From Hyphomicrobiales bacterium (GTDB lineage Bacteria; Pseudomonadota; Alphaproteobacteria; Rhizobiales; Beijerinckiaceae), in the NCBI GenBank assembly GCA_028290285.1, contig JAQGKD010000014.1, positions 4,958 through 68,957 of the forward strand: a stretch of 64,000 nucleotides of DNA, read 5' to 3'. The position numbers were made by a program, and so were the translations under genes. The notes beneath the pieces are model-generated. The model saw only the letters and a list, made by a program, of their open reading frames with translations. It made no database searches and was not told the DNA's origin. Positions 31,454-40,362 of this stretch are shown here, in pieces. How positions within the stretch are numbered: position 1 is the first letter of the stretch; every line of letters starts with the position of its first letter.

Positions 31454-31710
31454 GCTGCCGCGTGACGGCAGCCCATCCACGGGCAGGATCTTCGTAACCT
31501 GCCCGCCGTCCGGTCCCTGATATCGGCTCACGCTCATGCGGCGCGTGTCGCGTGAGGCTTCGACCACGCCCGGCTGGCGGATGGTCTCACCAGTCGCAAG
31601 GAGTGCGGCTTCACCAGCCACCTTGAGCGAGGTGGCAGCACCTGCCAGTGAGACTGGTCGGCGCGCGTTAAGGGTTTCCCTCTGGACATAGCGCACCGCC
31701 CCCAACGCGT
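31454..31710 (+). ncRNA. Candidate structured non-coding RNA
   Basis: At least eight stems of 6-8 bp including a nested multibranch domain; G-U pairs favour the + strand; no convincing ORF (see findings). Confidence 0.35.
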
Positions 31711-31850
31711 TGAAGGATGGACACGTCATTGATCTGACGTTGATGGAGGCGCTGCTAAGCAGGCTTCTCGCGAAGCAGCTGGCGTCCTTTTATGAAAGCG
31801 CCGGCGGTAACCTGCCGAAGTCGGAAGCGAAGTGAAAACGGAGGAATCCA

Positions 31851-32111
31851 GTGCGGTTCTGGCTCGGCGGCCCTCGCATCTTCGGCATTCGGCCGGGCAT
31901 TAGCCTAGGTCCGGAAGACGTCCGCGCGATGAGGGACACGCCCTCTGGCAAGAACCGGTCGGTCCCGCGCTTTATCCCTATCATCATGCTCTGGGTGGCC
32001 ATGGTGCTGGTGGCAACGTTCTTCCACGACGCCGGAGCCTCTTGGGTAGCGGCCGGGCTCCCTACGGCGCTAGTGGGCGTCCTAGGGGCTTGGGCGTTGA
32101 TGCGGTTCTGA
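31851..32111 (+). CDS. Small membrane protein (2 TM)
   Basis: GGAGG RBS; MRFWLGGPRIFGIRPGISLGPED N-terminus plus two hydrophobic segments; convergent with the tape-measure-like gene. Confidence 0.7.
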   Translation: MRFWLGGPRIFGIRPGISLGPEDVRAMRDTPSGKNRSVPRFIPIIMLWVAMVLVATFFHDAGASWVAAGLPTALVGVLGAWALMRF

Positions 32112-32122
32112 CCGAGTCCCCG

Positions 32123-34075
32123 CTATCCCGTTGCATACTGGCTATCGGCGGAACCAAAGCCCCGCAGGCCGTCGTGGTAGTGCGAGCTTGTCGGATGCTC
32201 GTAGAGGCTGGCCATGTGGGTCGATGCGGCTTGCGCCAGCACTTTCCCATCTACCACCCATGCGGCTTGCAGGTGAACCGGCGCGGCGGCTTTCGGCGGC
32301 GGCGTAAAACTTTGCTTCCGGTAGAAGGGACTTCCCTTTCCCGCTTCGCTGGGATCGTCGCCTTCGGCTTTGCCGAACGCCTTGCCCAAGCCTCGGATGG
32401 CCGCAGAGAGCGCCGCCCCGATTGCCGCGAAGGCGCTGCTGATCGCCGATACGGCCATATCTTTGGCGGCGCTGATGCCGCTTGTGAAACTCGTCCCGAT
32501 GCCAGTGATCATGTTCGTAAAGCCGGTGATGGTCTCGGTTTTCAACCGCTCCCAGAGCGCTGACCATCTGGACCCGTCGAAGAGCATCGGCAGATCCATG
32601 AAGAACTTGCGGAAATTCTCGAAGCTGATCGGATCGAAGCGCTTCATTGCGGCGACAATCAGCACGATTCCACCTGTCAGCCATCCGGCCGGACCGAGCG
32701 CGCCCATCAGCGCAACGCTGCCGCCGGTAATGAGCGCGGCGCTCAGCGCGCCGAGGCCAAAGGCGATGTCACTGATGAGGGCAGGAGATTTTAGCGACGC
32801 TTGCGAAAGGTCCCGCAGCGCCGTCGTCAAAGGCTTCAGCACATTATCGATCAAAGGATCAACCAATCCCTTGCCGACCGCTTGCTCGAAGTCATCCCAC
32901 TTCGCGGCTAGGCGCTTACGCCACATTTTGGGATCCTTGTCAGACCCTTCCTCGACCGCGTCGGATGCGACGCCCCTAATGTTGGCCACTTCCTTGTTCA
33001 TCTGCTTGTTCGTGTTGGGCAGGAGCAATTCGTCCATGGCGGTCTGCAGCAGCTTGTTGCCGCGTGCGAATTCGCCGACCACATTGCGCATTTCGCCCAT
33101 GTCATCGATGTTGACGCCCTTGTCATTCTTGAGCATTTCGCGGAAGGCGTTGGCCCATTCGAGCGGGTTGTTCATCTTGTCTGCGCCCCAGACGGAGCCG
33201 ACCTTGAAGCCTTGGAACTTGCCGGTCTTGGGGTCGCGAACCTCGTCTTCCGGCTTATGCAGGCCCCATTTTTCTTGCATCGAGGCTTGCGCCCAGCTGG
33301 ACGCGACGCCGCCGCGCAAATTGTTGTCGAGGTGATAGAGCGACGACCCGGTCCGGCCGCCCATGACGTTGACCATCGCGGGGAGCGTCGTCGAAATGAA
33401 ATCGTCGGTCCATCCGTAGCGGCCTGCACCCGCGCCCTGCACCGCCTGCAGAAGCGCGTTGCCATCGACGCGCCCGCGCAGGCCGATGACCGAGCGCACA
33501 TATTCTTGCGCGATCTTGTCGAGCGCGGCCGGGTCGGTGCGGCCGGTGAGTTCGAAGGCGCGCGCGGCCGAGGCCAGCTGGCGAGAATCCTGCCCGTGCG
33601 CGTTGGCGGTCGTGTCCTTCGACATCGAGAACGCGTTGCCGAGCTTGTTCATCACCGGCAGCAGGTCGGCGGCCTGGTGCATGTCCTGCACAACGTTGTA
33701 GAGATCGTGCATGTGCTCAATATTGCCCGCGAGGGTGGAATTCAGGTTCATGCCGGCTTCGTTATACGCCGCAGTCCGCGCGATATTCATGTCCAGCGCC
33801 CGCAACGCCTTGGGCAGTCCCATTTCCAGAACGGTTTCCGCGTGGACGAGTTTTTCGCCGGCCTTTTCAAATGTGCTTCCGAGCTTCAGGAGTCCCACAC
33901 CGGCGCCAATCGCTAGGGTTCCCATGATGGCGCTGTTGAGACCAGAAATGCCCTTTTCAAGCTTGTGCACCGAGCCATGCAGGCCGAGGAACTGCTTCGA
34001 GATCGTAGCGAGCACGCCGGAAATATTGTTCACGGCATGAAGGTGTATGCCGACGTTGTAAATTGCGCCGCTCAT
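32123..34075 (-). CDS. Phage tail tape-measure-like protein (650 aa)
   Basis: Ala/Gly-rich helical protein with hydrophobic segments (ALMGALGPAGWLTGGIVLIV), W/F-spaced repeats and a C-terminal ..VDGKVLAQ motif; last gene of the terminase operon. Confidence 0.7.
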   Translation of the reverse strand: MSGAIYNVGIHLHAVNNISGVLATISKQFLGLHGSVHKLEKGISGLNSAIMGTLAIGAGVGLLKLGSTFEKAGEKLVHAETVLEMGLPKALRALDMNIARTAAYNEAGMNLNSTLAGNIEHMHDLYNVVQDMHQAADLLPVMNKLGNAFSMSKDTTANAHGQDSRQLASAARAFELTGRTDPAALDKIAQEYVRSVIGLRGRVDGNALLQAVQGAGAGRYGWTDDFISTTLPAMVNVMGGRTGSSLYHLDNNLRGGVASSWAQASMQEKWGLHKPEDEVRDPKTGKFQGFKVGSVWGADKMNNPLEWANAFREMLKNDKGVNIDDMGEMRNVVGEFARGNKLLQTAMDELLLPNTNKQMNKEVANIRGVASDAVEEGSDKDPKMWRKRLAAKWDDFEQAVGKGLVDPLIDNVLKPLTTALRDLSQASLKSPALISDIAFGLGALSAALITGGSVALMGALGPAGWLTGGIVLIVAAMKRFDPISFENFRKFFMDLPMLFDGSRWSALWERLKTETITGFTNMITGIGTSFTSGISAAKDMAVSAISSAFAAIGAALSAAIRGLGKAFGKAEGDDPSEAGKGSPFYRKQSFTPPPKAAAPVHLQAAWVVDGKVLAQAASTHMASLYEHPTSSHYHDGLRGFGSADSQYATG

Positions 34076-34078
34076 AGG

Positions 34079-34419
34079 TCAGGCTCCAATTCGGTCGATG
34101 ACGATGCGCTGATGCAGCACGAAGGCGAACAAGGCGAATGTCTTCTCGCCGATGTCAGCTGGGTTAGGGGTGTCGCTCACTGTCAGCATTCGGAGGAGCG
34201 TGTCCGGCCCCGCTTTGATCACGAGAACCATCCAATGGACGGCCTCCGGGGCCTGAATTTTCCCGCCATTGATGGCGATTTCGTAGGCACTCCCGGCCAC
34301 AGAACGCCGCGCAATTTCTTCAACCTCGCCTTCTGTCGGACGCCGAGCGCGATAGTTGCTGCTGGGGTTTTTCTTAACCAATAGCGGTCGATGTTCAGGT
34401 CAGGCATACGAAAATCCAT
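34079..34419 (-). pseudogene. Hypothetical gene split by a -1 frameshift at an A5C4 run
   Basis: MDFRMPDLNIDRYWLRK in one frame joins NPSSNYRARRPTEGE...RIGA in the -1 frame at 34364-34372. Confidence 0.5.
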
Positions 34420-34609
34420 CGTTTCCGAGTTTGAGGGCTCACCCGCCGCGCGGCGCTCATTCAGACGCGCGCGGCGGGATATTCGCGCTTCCAGCCGCGA
34501 AGGCCGGAGGGCGAAGCCGATGCAATGCGGGATCGGGAACAGGAAGAACCCACCAAACATTGCTTCGGCGCATCGGCGGCCGGACCCATCCACCGCCAAT
34601 TCGAAATCT

Positions 34610-35212
34610 TCAGTCCATCATGCCGACCCGCAGCGGCCAGAGCGGGCGGAACGTGCCGTCAGCGCCGAAGCCTGTCAGCCGTACGGTGGCCGCCAGACCT
34701 TCGATTTCCGCCTTGTAAATCGGCACGCCGCGCGCAATGGCTTCGGCGAATTCGAGACGCTCTTCCCCGTCGGGGATAGATGCGTTCGCCGCCTTTACCG
34801 CTCGATCGGCTTCCTGAAGTTGGCCCAAGGCGGTCACGATCTTGCTCGCGAGGTTCGGATAGCTCCGAACTGCCTCAACGGCCGCATCCCGAAGCCTACG
34901 GGCATCCTCGAACGCCGCGTGGTTCCGGTCGGCCCGCTCGATGGCCTCGCGCTCGCTGGCGCGCTCCTGAAGCCTGGCAATCGCTTCCTCGGTGCGGATG
35001 GCTTCGAAGTCGAGCTCCGACGCGGACTTGAGCGCCTTTGCCACGAATTCGCCGGTCAGTGACGGATCGATGGCGGCCCGTCTCGTGTCTGCCGCCCGTT
35101 GGCGCAGCTCAACCAGGAACGCGCTGCCGGTTGCTATCACCGCGTGAATGGCGGAAGCCGTCAGGCCCTCGGCCGTGCCGGCGGCAAAGATGGAATTTGC
35201 AGAATGTTTCAT
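34610..35212 (-). CDS. Coiled-coil hypothetical protein (200 aa)
   Basis: ATG 35212 after GAGGA; Ala/Glu/Arg-rich heptad-like sequence. Confidence 0.75.
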   Translation of the reverse strand: MKHSANSIFAAGTAEGLTASAIHAVIATGSAFLVELRQRAADTRRAAIDPSLTGEFVAKALKSASELDFEAIRTEEAIARLQERASEREAIERADRNHAAFEDARRLRDAAVEAVRSYPNLASKIVTALGQLQEADRAVKAANASIPDGEERLEFAEAIARGVPIYKAEIEGLAATVRLTGFGADGTFRPLWPLRVGMMD

Positions 35213-35243
35213 CGGGTCCTCGTGGTGGGTGAAGGAAGGGCGT

Positions 35244-36173
35244 CTAGTTTCCGATCCGGCATTCCGAACCCGCGCGTGCGGTGTCGACGAGAGCCAGATG
35301 ATTGCCGCGAATGGAGCGTTGGACTGCGTCGTAGGCTTCCCCGGTCGGCGAGGTACCAGGCGTCCAGTCAATGATGGCCGAATAGCCGGCCGACAGCTCG
35401 CGCTTGCCGAGCTTCACGGCTTCGATGGCAGCCTCATCCATCAAGACCATGGGCACGCGAACATATCCGCCGTCTCGAATGGCGCCATCGCCGGTCTGCC
35501 CGACAGCAAAGCGTTTCCAGTTGGCCGCTTTGACGTGCTCGCCCGGATGATCGTTCGTCACGGGCCTGTGCGCAAAGCTCGCCATCGTGTCGGCCGCGAA
35601 CACTTCGCTTTCGGGCCTGTACATGCGAACGGTCGCAAGGTGCGGCTTGCCGAGTTCGACGCCAGAGTAAGTCTGCACTCCGGTGCGCGCAATTCGCGCC
35701 TCGCAAACAAGATAGCCGTCATCGGTCGTGCGCGTGCCCGACAGCGCGGCGGAATCGGAGAACTGCAGCGACCCAGAGGACGCTCGATCCTGCACCTGAT
35801 GCGAAGACGGCTCATCGTCGCCGCCGAGTTCTCGCACCATCTGCCGGTAGGCGGCATCGGCACCGGCGCGCGGCGATCCGGCCGGTGCGGACGTGTCTCG
35901 AACCTCACAGGGTCGGTGAACAGAGGCGAAAGCCTCAGCAGCGTCCGAGAACGCTTCCGCGTTGGTGAATTCCGACGTCGCATCCGTGAAACGGTCTAAC
36001 GTGTCAGCGGCCTTCGTGAGCTTCGCGTGCTCCTCTGCCGATGCTCCGTATGCCTGGCACCGATATCCATCGGCCATGGCGCGCAAATTCGGCAGTGCGG
36101 TTTCCGGGCCATAACTGAGCAAAATCTGGACCTGTGATCGGTCGTTAACGGGAATACTGTCGATGAGATTCAT
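35244..36173 (-). CDS. DUF2213-domain phage head (prohead protease-like) protein with N-terminal extension
   Basis: DGYLVCEARIARTGVQTY, YRPESEVF, PVTNDHP, GKRELSAGY, YDAVQRSIRGNHLALVD.ARAG..CRIG. Confidence 0.8.
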   Translation of the reverse strand: MNLIDSIPVNDRSQVQILLSYGPETALPNLRAMADGYRCQAYGASAEEHAKLTKAADTLDRFTDATSEFTNAEAFSDAAEAFASVHRPCEVRDTSAPAGSPRAGADAAYRQMVRELGGDDEPSSHQVQDRASSGSLQFSDSAALSGTRTTDDGYLVCEARIARTGVQTYSGVELGKPHLATVRMYRPESEVFAADTMASFAHRPVTNDHPGEHVKAANWKRFAVGQTGDGAIRDGGYVRVPMVLMDEAAIEAVKLGKRELSAGYSAIIDWTPGTSPTGEAYDAVQRSIRGNHLALVDTARAGSECRIGN

Positions 36174-36185
36174 GGTTCAAGGTCC

Positions 36186-37586
36186 CTACAAAACGTCCAT
36201 CATGGAAAGCACCCGCGTGGCAGACCACACGAGAGACCCGGCGGCAGCGTTAGCTAGATCGTCATGGCCGCCGGGCGCGTGATCGATGCTGTCGCGTCCG
36301 CCCCGCGCTGTACGGCGTTCAAGCGAACAAATCTGCGTCATGAGACGGGGGCTATCGAGCAGCTCAACTCGGCCGCTGTTCACCAGCGGGAGGAACTCGC
36401 GATAAATGTCGCTCTTCGTCTTGTCTGACTGATGATAACGGATGCCGTGCATCGAAAACCGCTCGCGAACCCACTCCGCCGAATATCGATCACCCGTCAC
36501 GGCAACCAAGTGATAACTCTTCATGAGCTCGGCGAAATCCTGAACAACGCTGTCTGGCGAAAACGGCGGCTTCACTTCACGCATGCAGTCCAAAATGAAG
36601 CGATCTTCTTCCCGATGGCTGATCGCCAACGTCATGGAATCAGCCGATCCGCCCGAGGGGTCGACAAATGCCAGGTAGGAGAACTCTGACAGCGGCGGGA
36701 GCTCGAACCGTCCCCGAATTGTAACCGCCTCGATCGCCTCCGGGTTGATGAACGCCTCGACGTCGTTTCGGAATTCGCCGCCGTATTCAGCCGCTGCAGC
36801 AGCAGGATCTTTCGCAAAGGCGCGGTCCACGAAGGCTTGCGATAAACCAGGATTCATGACGCGCGACGCGGCCTTGGCGACGAGAATCCTCGGGTCGCCA
36901 TTCGGACCAAAATCACGCCGGAAGGTTTTGTAGACCTCACCCGTCTTCGCGTAGGGCGATGAAATCACGGCTAGCAGGCCGCCAGTGGTCGCGAGACCCG
37001 GACGTGCCGCATTCAATATCTCGGCGTCGGGATTGGCCGAGTTGTCCGAGCGAAAGAACGCCGCCTCATCGACAAGGATCGACGCCATGGTTCCGGACCG
37101 GATCGTCCGAAAGGAGGCTGCCTTCACCTCGATCTCGACGCGCGTCGCCAGCTTGATCGTGTCGGCTGTCTGCTCCAAAACCAACCGCTTGAGAGCGGGG
37201 ACGTTCGAGAAGATACCGTCGACGTACTGATAGATTTTCTTCGCCTGAGACACCGATGCGGACAGGATCGGGAGGACAGCGGGCTCACCAGGCGCGAGCA
37301 GATGCTTGATATCGACCAGGGCGCCGATGTAGGCGCCGAGAACAGCAATCGCTCGGCTCTTGCCGCCACGCCGCCCGATGATGCCCCAAAATTCGTCGAC
37401 GGGCTCGCCGGGCTCGACCTCCCGGCCCGTCAGGGCGTGGAAGACGACCCGCTCTTCAGCGGTCAGCGGCTCGCCGAGCATCGCAATCAACAGGATGCGC
37501 CAGGCGGCCCACGAGTCCCCGGCGAGGACGGTGCCGAACAGGTGCGTGTCGTTGAGTGCCGCGCGCATCGAAACCAGCTTCTTCAC
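36186..37586 (-). CDS. terL: Terminase large subunit
   Basis: Walker A GRRGGKS, Walker B ILVDEAAF, ISSP coupling motif, RNase H-like AFVDPSGG..D and HDDLANA. Confidence 0.85.
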   Translation of the reverse strand: MKKLVSMRAALNDTHLFGTVLAGDSWAAWRILLIAMLGEPLTAEERVVFHALTGREVEPGEPVDEFWGIIGRRGGKSRAIAVLGAYIGALVDIKHLLAPGEPAVLPILSASVSQAKKIYQYVDGIFSNVPALKRLVLEQTADTIKLATRVEIEVKAASFRTIRSGTMASILVDEAAFFRSDNSANPDAEILNAARPGLATTGGLLAVISSPYAKTGEVYKTFRRDFGPNGDPRILVAKAASRVMNPGLSQAFVDRAFAKDPAAAAAEYGGEFRNDVEAFINPEAIEAVTIRGRFELPPLSEFSYLAFVDPSGGSADSMTLAISHREEDRFILDCMREVKPPFSPDSVVQDFAELMKSYHLVAVTGDRYSAEWVRERFSMHGIRYHQSDKTKSDIYREFLPLVNSGRVELLDSPRLMTQICSLERRTARGGRDSIDHAPGGHDDLANAAAGSLVWSATRVLSMMDVL

Positions 37587-37993
37587 CGCGACGCCTCATC
37601 GTTCTTCGCATGGCGGGCAAGAATATCGTCGAGGGACGGGCTGACGTCCCTCACGCGCCGGGCGAGTCCAAGGGCGCTGAGGTCCAGCCGCATGCTGTTC
37701 AACCATGCCAATGCGTGGTCGTTCGCGTGGTCGGACAAGTCTTCGCCGCTCAGGAGCTTCTCACTTAACAGCGCAAGCCGCGTCGCCTTGATCGCGGCGC
37801 TCCGGATGATCAACATTTCCGCTGCGCTCGGATGGCCGCCGAGATGGTCCACTAGATCCGCCTCGACCGTCCGCAACACGCGACCCGCGCGGGTTCTGCG
37901 ATCGACCGTCGCCAACGCATGATCGCGGCTCATCAGGCCGGCGGGAGGGCGCTTGCGGTATTTCGTCGGGACTTTGCTTGGTGAATTCAGCAC
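37583..37993 (-). CDS. Putative terminase small subunit
   Basis: 136-aa helical protein with GTGA overlap into terL; DRRTRAGR...DHLGG.PSAAE..IIRSAA; assignment mainly positional. Confidence 0.6.
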   Translation of the reverse strand: MLNSPSKVPTKYRKRPPAGLMSRDHALATVDRRTRAGRVLRTVEADLVDHLGGHPSAAEMLIIRSAAIKATRLALLSEKLLSGEDLSDHANDHALAWLNSMRLDLSALGLARRVRDVSPSLDDILARHAKNDEASR

Positions 37994-38067
37994 GCGGCTC
38001 CCCGATCAGTTTGGGAGCCCGCTGCATTTCTGCCCATGGGCGATGATCGCGCGAAGCGAACTCAATG

Positions 38068-38096
38068 ATAATGCCAGTGTTTGCTCCCTATATCAA
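38068..38096 (-). promoter_or_regulatory. Putative sigma70 promoter of the terminase operon
   Basis: Minus strand TTGATA-N17-CATTAT, enclosed by the inverted repeat CTCAATG/CATTGAG. Confidence 0.45.
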
Positions 38097-38125
38097 GGGG
38101 GCATTGAGCCTACATGGCGCGATGT

Positions 38126-38812
38126 CTAGTGGCTGGCTCCGCTTTCGTGGTGGCCTCTAGAAAGGTGTAGGAGCTTATCCCGGTCTGTGACTGTCAGGAT
38201 TTTTCGGGCGCTGCGCACTGCATGCACGCCTTCCAAAAGGTGTATGGCGGCTGTCACTCCAGCACGCCGACACCCCAAGGCTTCCCCAAGGTAATCATGG
38301 GTTATCGGTATGTCAGACTCACCGACGCGGTCGCTCAGCTTTAGAAGAAACCGTGCTAAGCGTTGGACAATTGTCAGGCTGCAAGCCGAAAAAGCGGTAT
38401 CGGCGATTTCGACGAGTACCGCATGAGCATATGATATCAGCGCGGCATGCACGGCAGGACGGGTGGCCATCACTGTGCGGAGATCATCGGCGTTCATCCG
38501 AAGAGCCGTTATGGGAAGCTGGACGCGAGCCCGGAAAGGGGTTTGCGCCTGCCCAAGGATCACCGGCAGGCCCAGCATGCCCTCACGTCCAACACTGGTC
38601 ACTTCAACAGCACCCTTGCGTGCGCCCGCCATCACCGATACGAGGCCCTTCTCGATGAAGTAGACGTTTCGGATCGGCTCATTCGGGATCACGAGCTCTG
38701 TGCGGGCCGCAAAGGTGACAGGCTCAAGATAGTTGCTCAAAGCTATCTGGTCGTCCGTGTTGAGGGCAAGCAAGATACGATTTTGACTGTGCTTGGCCCA
38801 ACTGTACGTCAC
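38126..38812 (-). CDS. Crp/Fnr-family transcriptional regulator
   Basis: NRILLAL, VYFIEKGLVS, VGREGMLG cNMP-binding fold; QRLARFLL, ITHDYLGEALGCRRAGVT HTH. Confidence 0.88.
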   Translation of the reverse strand: MTYSWAKHSQNRILLALNTDDQIALSNYLEPVTFAARTELVIPNEPIRNVYFIEKGLVSVMAGARKGAVEVTSVGREGMLGLPVILGQAQTPFRARVQLPITALRMNADDLRTVMATRPAVHAALISYAHAVLVEIADTAFSACSLTIVQRLARFLLKLSDRVGESDIPITHDYLGEALGCRRAGVTAAIHLLEGVHAVRSARKILTVTDRDKLLHLSRGHHESGASH

Positions 38813-38995
38813 ATCCTTGCCTCTTTGCTCGGGGCGGGGTCAGTTTGGCCCCCAAGAGCGCCGCGCGCGAGACCCTGCGGCAGGTGGTGCAGTATAGTAC
38901 CTCCCTAAGCTCGGAATAGTTCGTCAATGGTAGCGGCCGAACACGTTAGCGGCATGATGCTCCATATGTTTGATGCCTCCTCGGGCGTCACCGGC

Positions 38996-39667
38996 TCAGA
39001 TCCGAGCGAGGAGGCGGGACACCTGCACCGGCTGCCACTGCGCTCCGCCGGACGCAGTGGGGACGCCGCGCTCTGTCAGGGCCTTCGCAAGTCCGTGTAG
39101 CGACGTCACGCCTTCAGCACGAAGTCCTGCGATGATCGGCGCCACCTCCGCTGCACGCGACGTTGCACGGCTCGTGCGGGCGTCTGCGGCAGCCGCCCGG
39201 TGCTCGGGGGTGGGCGAGACGCCTCGGTAGCCTCCTAGCTTCGTCCCGCGGGCCTTGGCGGCTGCCAGAGCGGCTTTTGTACGGGCAGAAATCATCCGGC
39301 GTTCTTCTTGCGCGACCATCGCCATGATTCCGACCGTGAGGCTGTTCGCCTTCGGCATGTCGGCGCAGACGAAGTCAGTCCCGGCCTTTTCGAGCCCGAG
39401 CAGGAAATGTGCGTCACGAGAAAGGCGATCGAGCTTCGCGATGCAGAGCTTTGCGCCGTACGCCTTGCACGCGGCGATCGCGTTCGCCAGTTCAGCGCGG
39501 TCGTCGTTCTTCCCGCTCTCGATTTCGGTGAACTCAGCGACAACGGTCCATTTGCCGCCGTTGAGGAAGTCGGCGACGGCCTTGCGCTGGGCTTCGAGCC
39601 CGAGACCGGAGGCGCCTTGGCGAGCGGTGGACACCCGATAATAGGTGACGAACTTGCCTTCAGCCAT
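38996..39667 (-). CDS. Serine recombinase (resolvase/invertase family)
   Basis: YYRVST..Q catalytic Ser motif, EIESG, AKLDRLSRD, ISARTKAAL..AKARG; start ATG 39667. Confidence 0.92.
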   Translation of the reverse strand: MAEGKFVTYYRVSTARQGASGLGLEAQRKAVADFLNGGKWTVVAEFTEIESGKNDDRAELANAIAACKAYGAKLCIAKLDRLSRDAHFLLGLEKAGTDFVCADMPKANSLTVGIMAMVAQEERRMISARTKAALAAAKARGTKLGGYRGVSPTPEHRAAAADARTSRATSRAAEVAPIIAGLRAEGVTSLHGLAKALTERGVPTASGGAQWQPVQVSRLLARI

Positions 39668-39893
39668 GCCTGTTACTCCGCTCTCTTCCTTCGTTGAGTG
39701 CCATGTAACGGACTTCTTCATTCCCGTCAAGCACGCTCACGCCCCCGTGCTCTTCCGGCAGCAACAAACTCGGACCAGGGACGTTTGTGCTCGTGCGGTG
39801 CGTGTCACGAGCCGCCGCGCCTTGTGAGCCCCTTGGCCGTTCCTCCAGAATCGGCCGAGGGTGCTCCTTGCACGTGCGCGGGAACGCGCCCGG

Positions 39894-40109
39894 TTAATCC
39901 GCCATCCAAAGCAGAAATGTGTAAAATCCGTAGGCTAGGACAGAGCACCACGCGGCGAAGACTACGAACCCCAAAGCGAGGACGATAACCACCACCGCAC
40001 CTCGCAGCCGACTATAAGGCTGCGGATAACGGGGATCGCGATCTTGCTCGGAAGACCTGCGAAAAAGACGCAGGGCGTTATTGAGAATGCCGACTGTATT
40101 CAGGATCAT
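39894..40109 (-). CDS. Small membrane protein
   Basis: 71 aa with a long C-terminal hydrophobic stretch. Confidence 0.5.
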   Translation of the reverse strand: MILNTVGILNNALRLFRRSSEQDRDPRYPQPYSRLRGAVVVIVLALGFVVFAAWCSVLAYGFYTFLLWMAD

Positions 40110-40362
40110 TGGTGCCGCCGCAGAGCGTGTGTGCTGTCTCCGCCACCCTGAGCCAAAACCGTCGGGAAACTCTCCCGCAATTCACTCAAATTGGACCGAA
40201 TGCGCGATTCCGATCTGTGCGCGTTCTGGCGAGCCCGGCTTCCGCTCGCTGGGCGCGATGGAGCCGCGGCGGGTGCCGGGGCGCCGCAAGTACGCGCTTC
40301 CGGAAATGGCCTTCGAATTCAGCAGGCTTACTCCCTGATCTAGCCCATCCGAACAGCCCACC

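Noticed and set aside
31436-31729. 97-aa minus-strand ORF
   Set aside because: No clear RBS or recognisable motif; the region is better explained by base-paired structure, though coding is not excluded.
38919-38933. LexA box inside the island (GTTC-N7-GTAG upstream of the Crp gene)
   Set aside because: Second half-site has two mismatches; I did not find a convincing SOS box within the element by eye.
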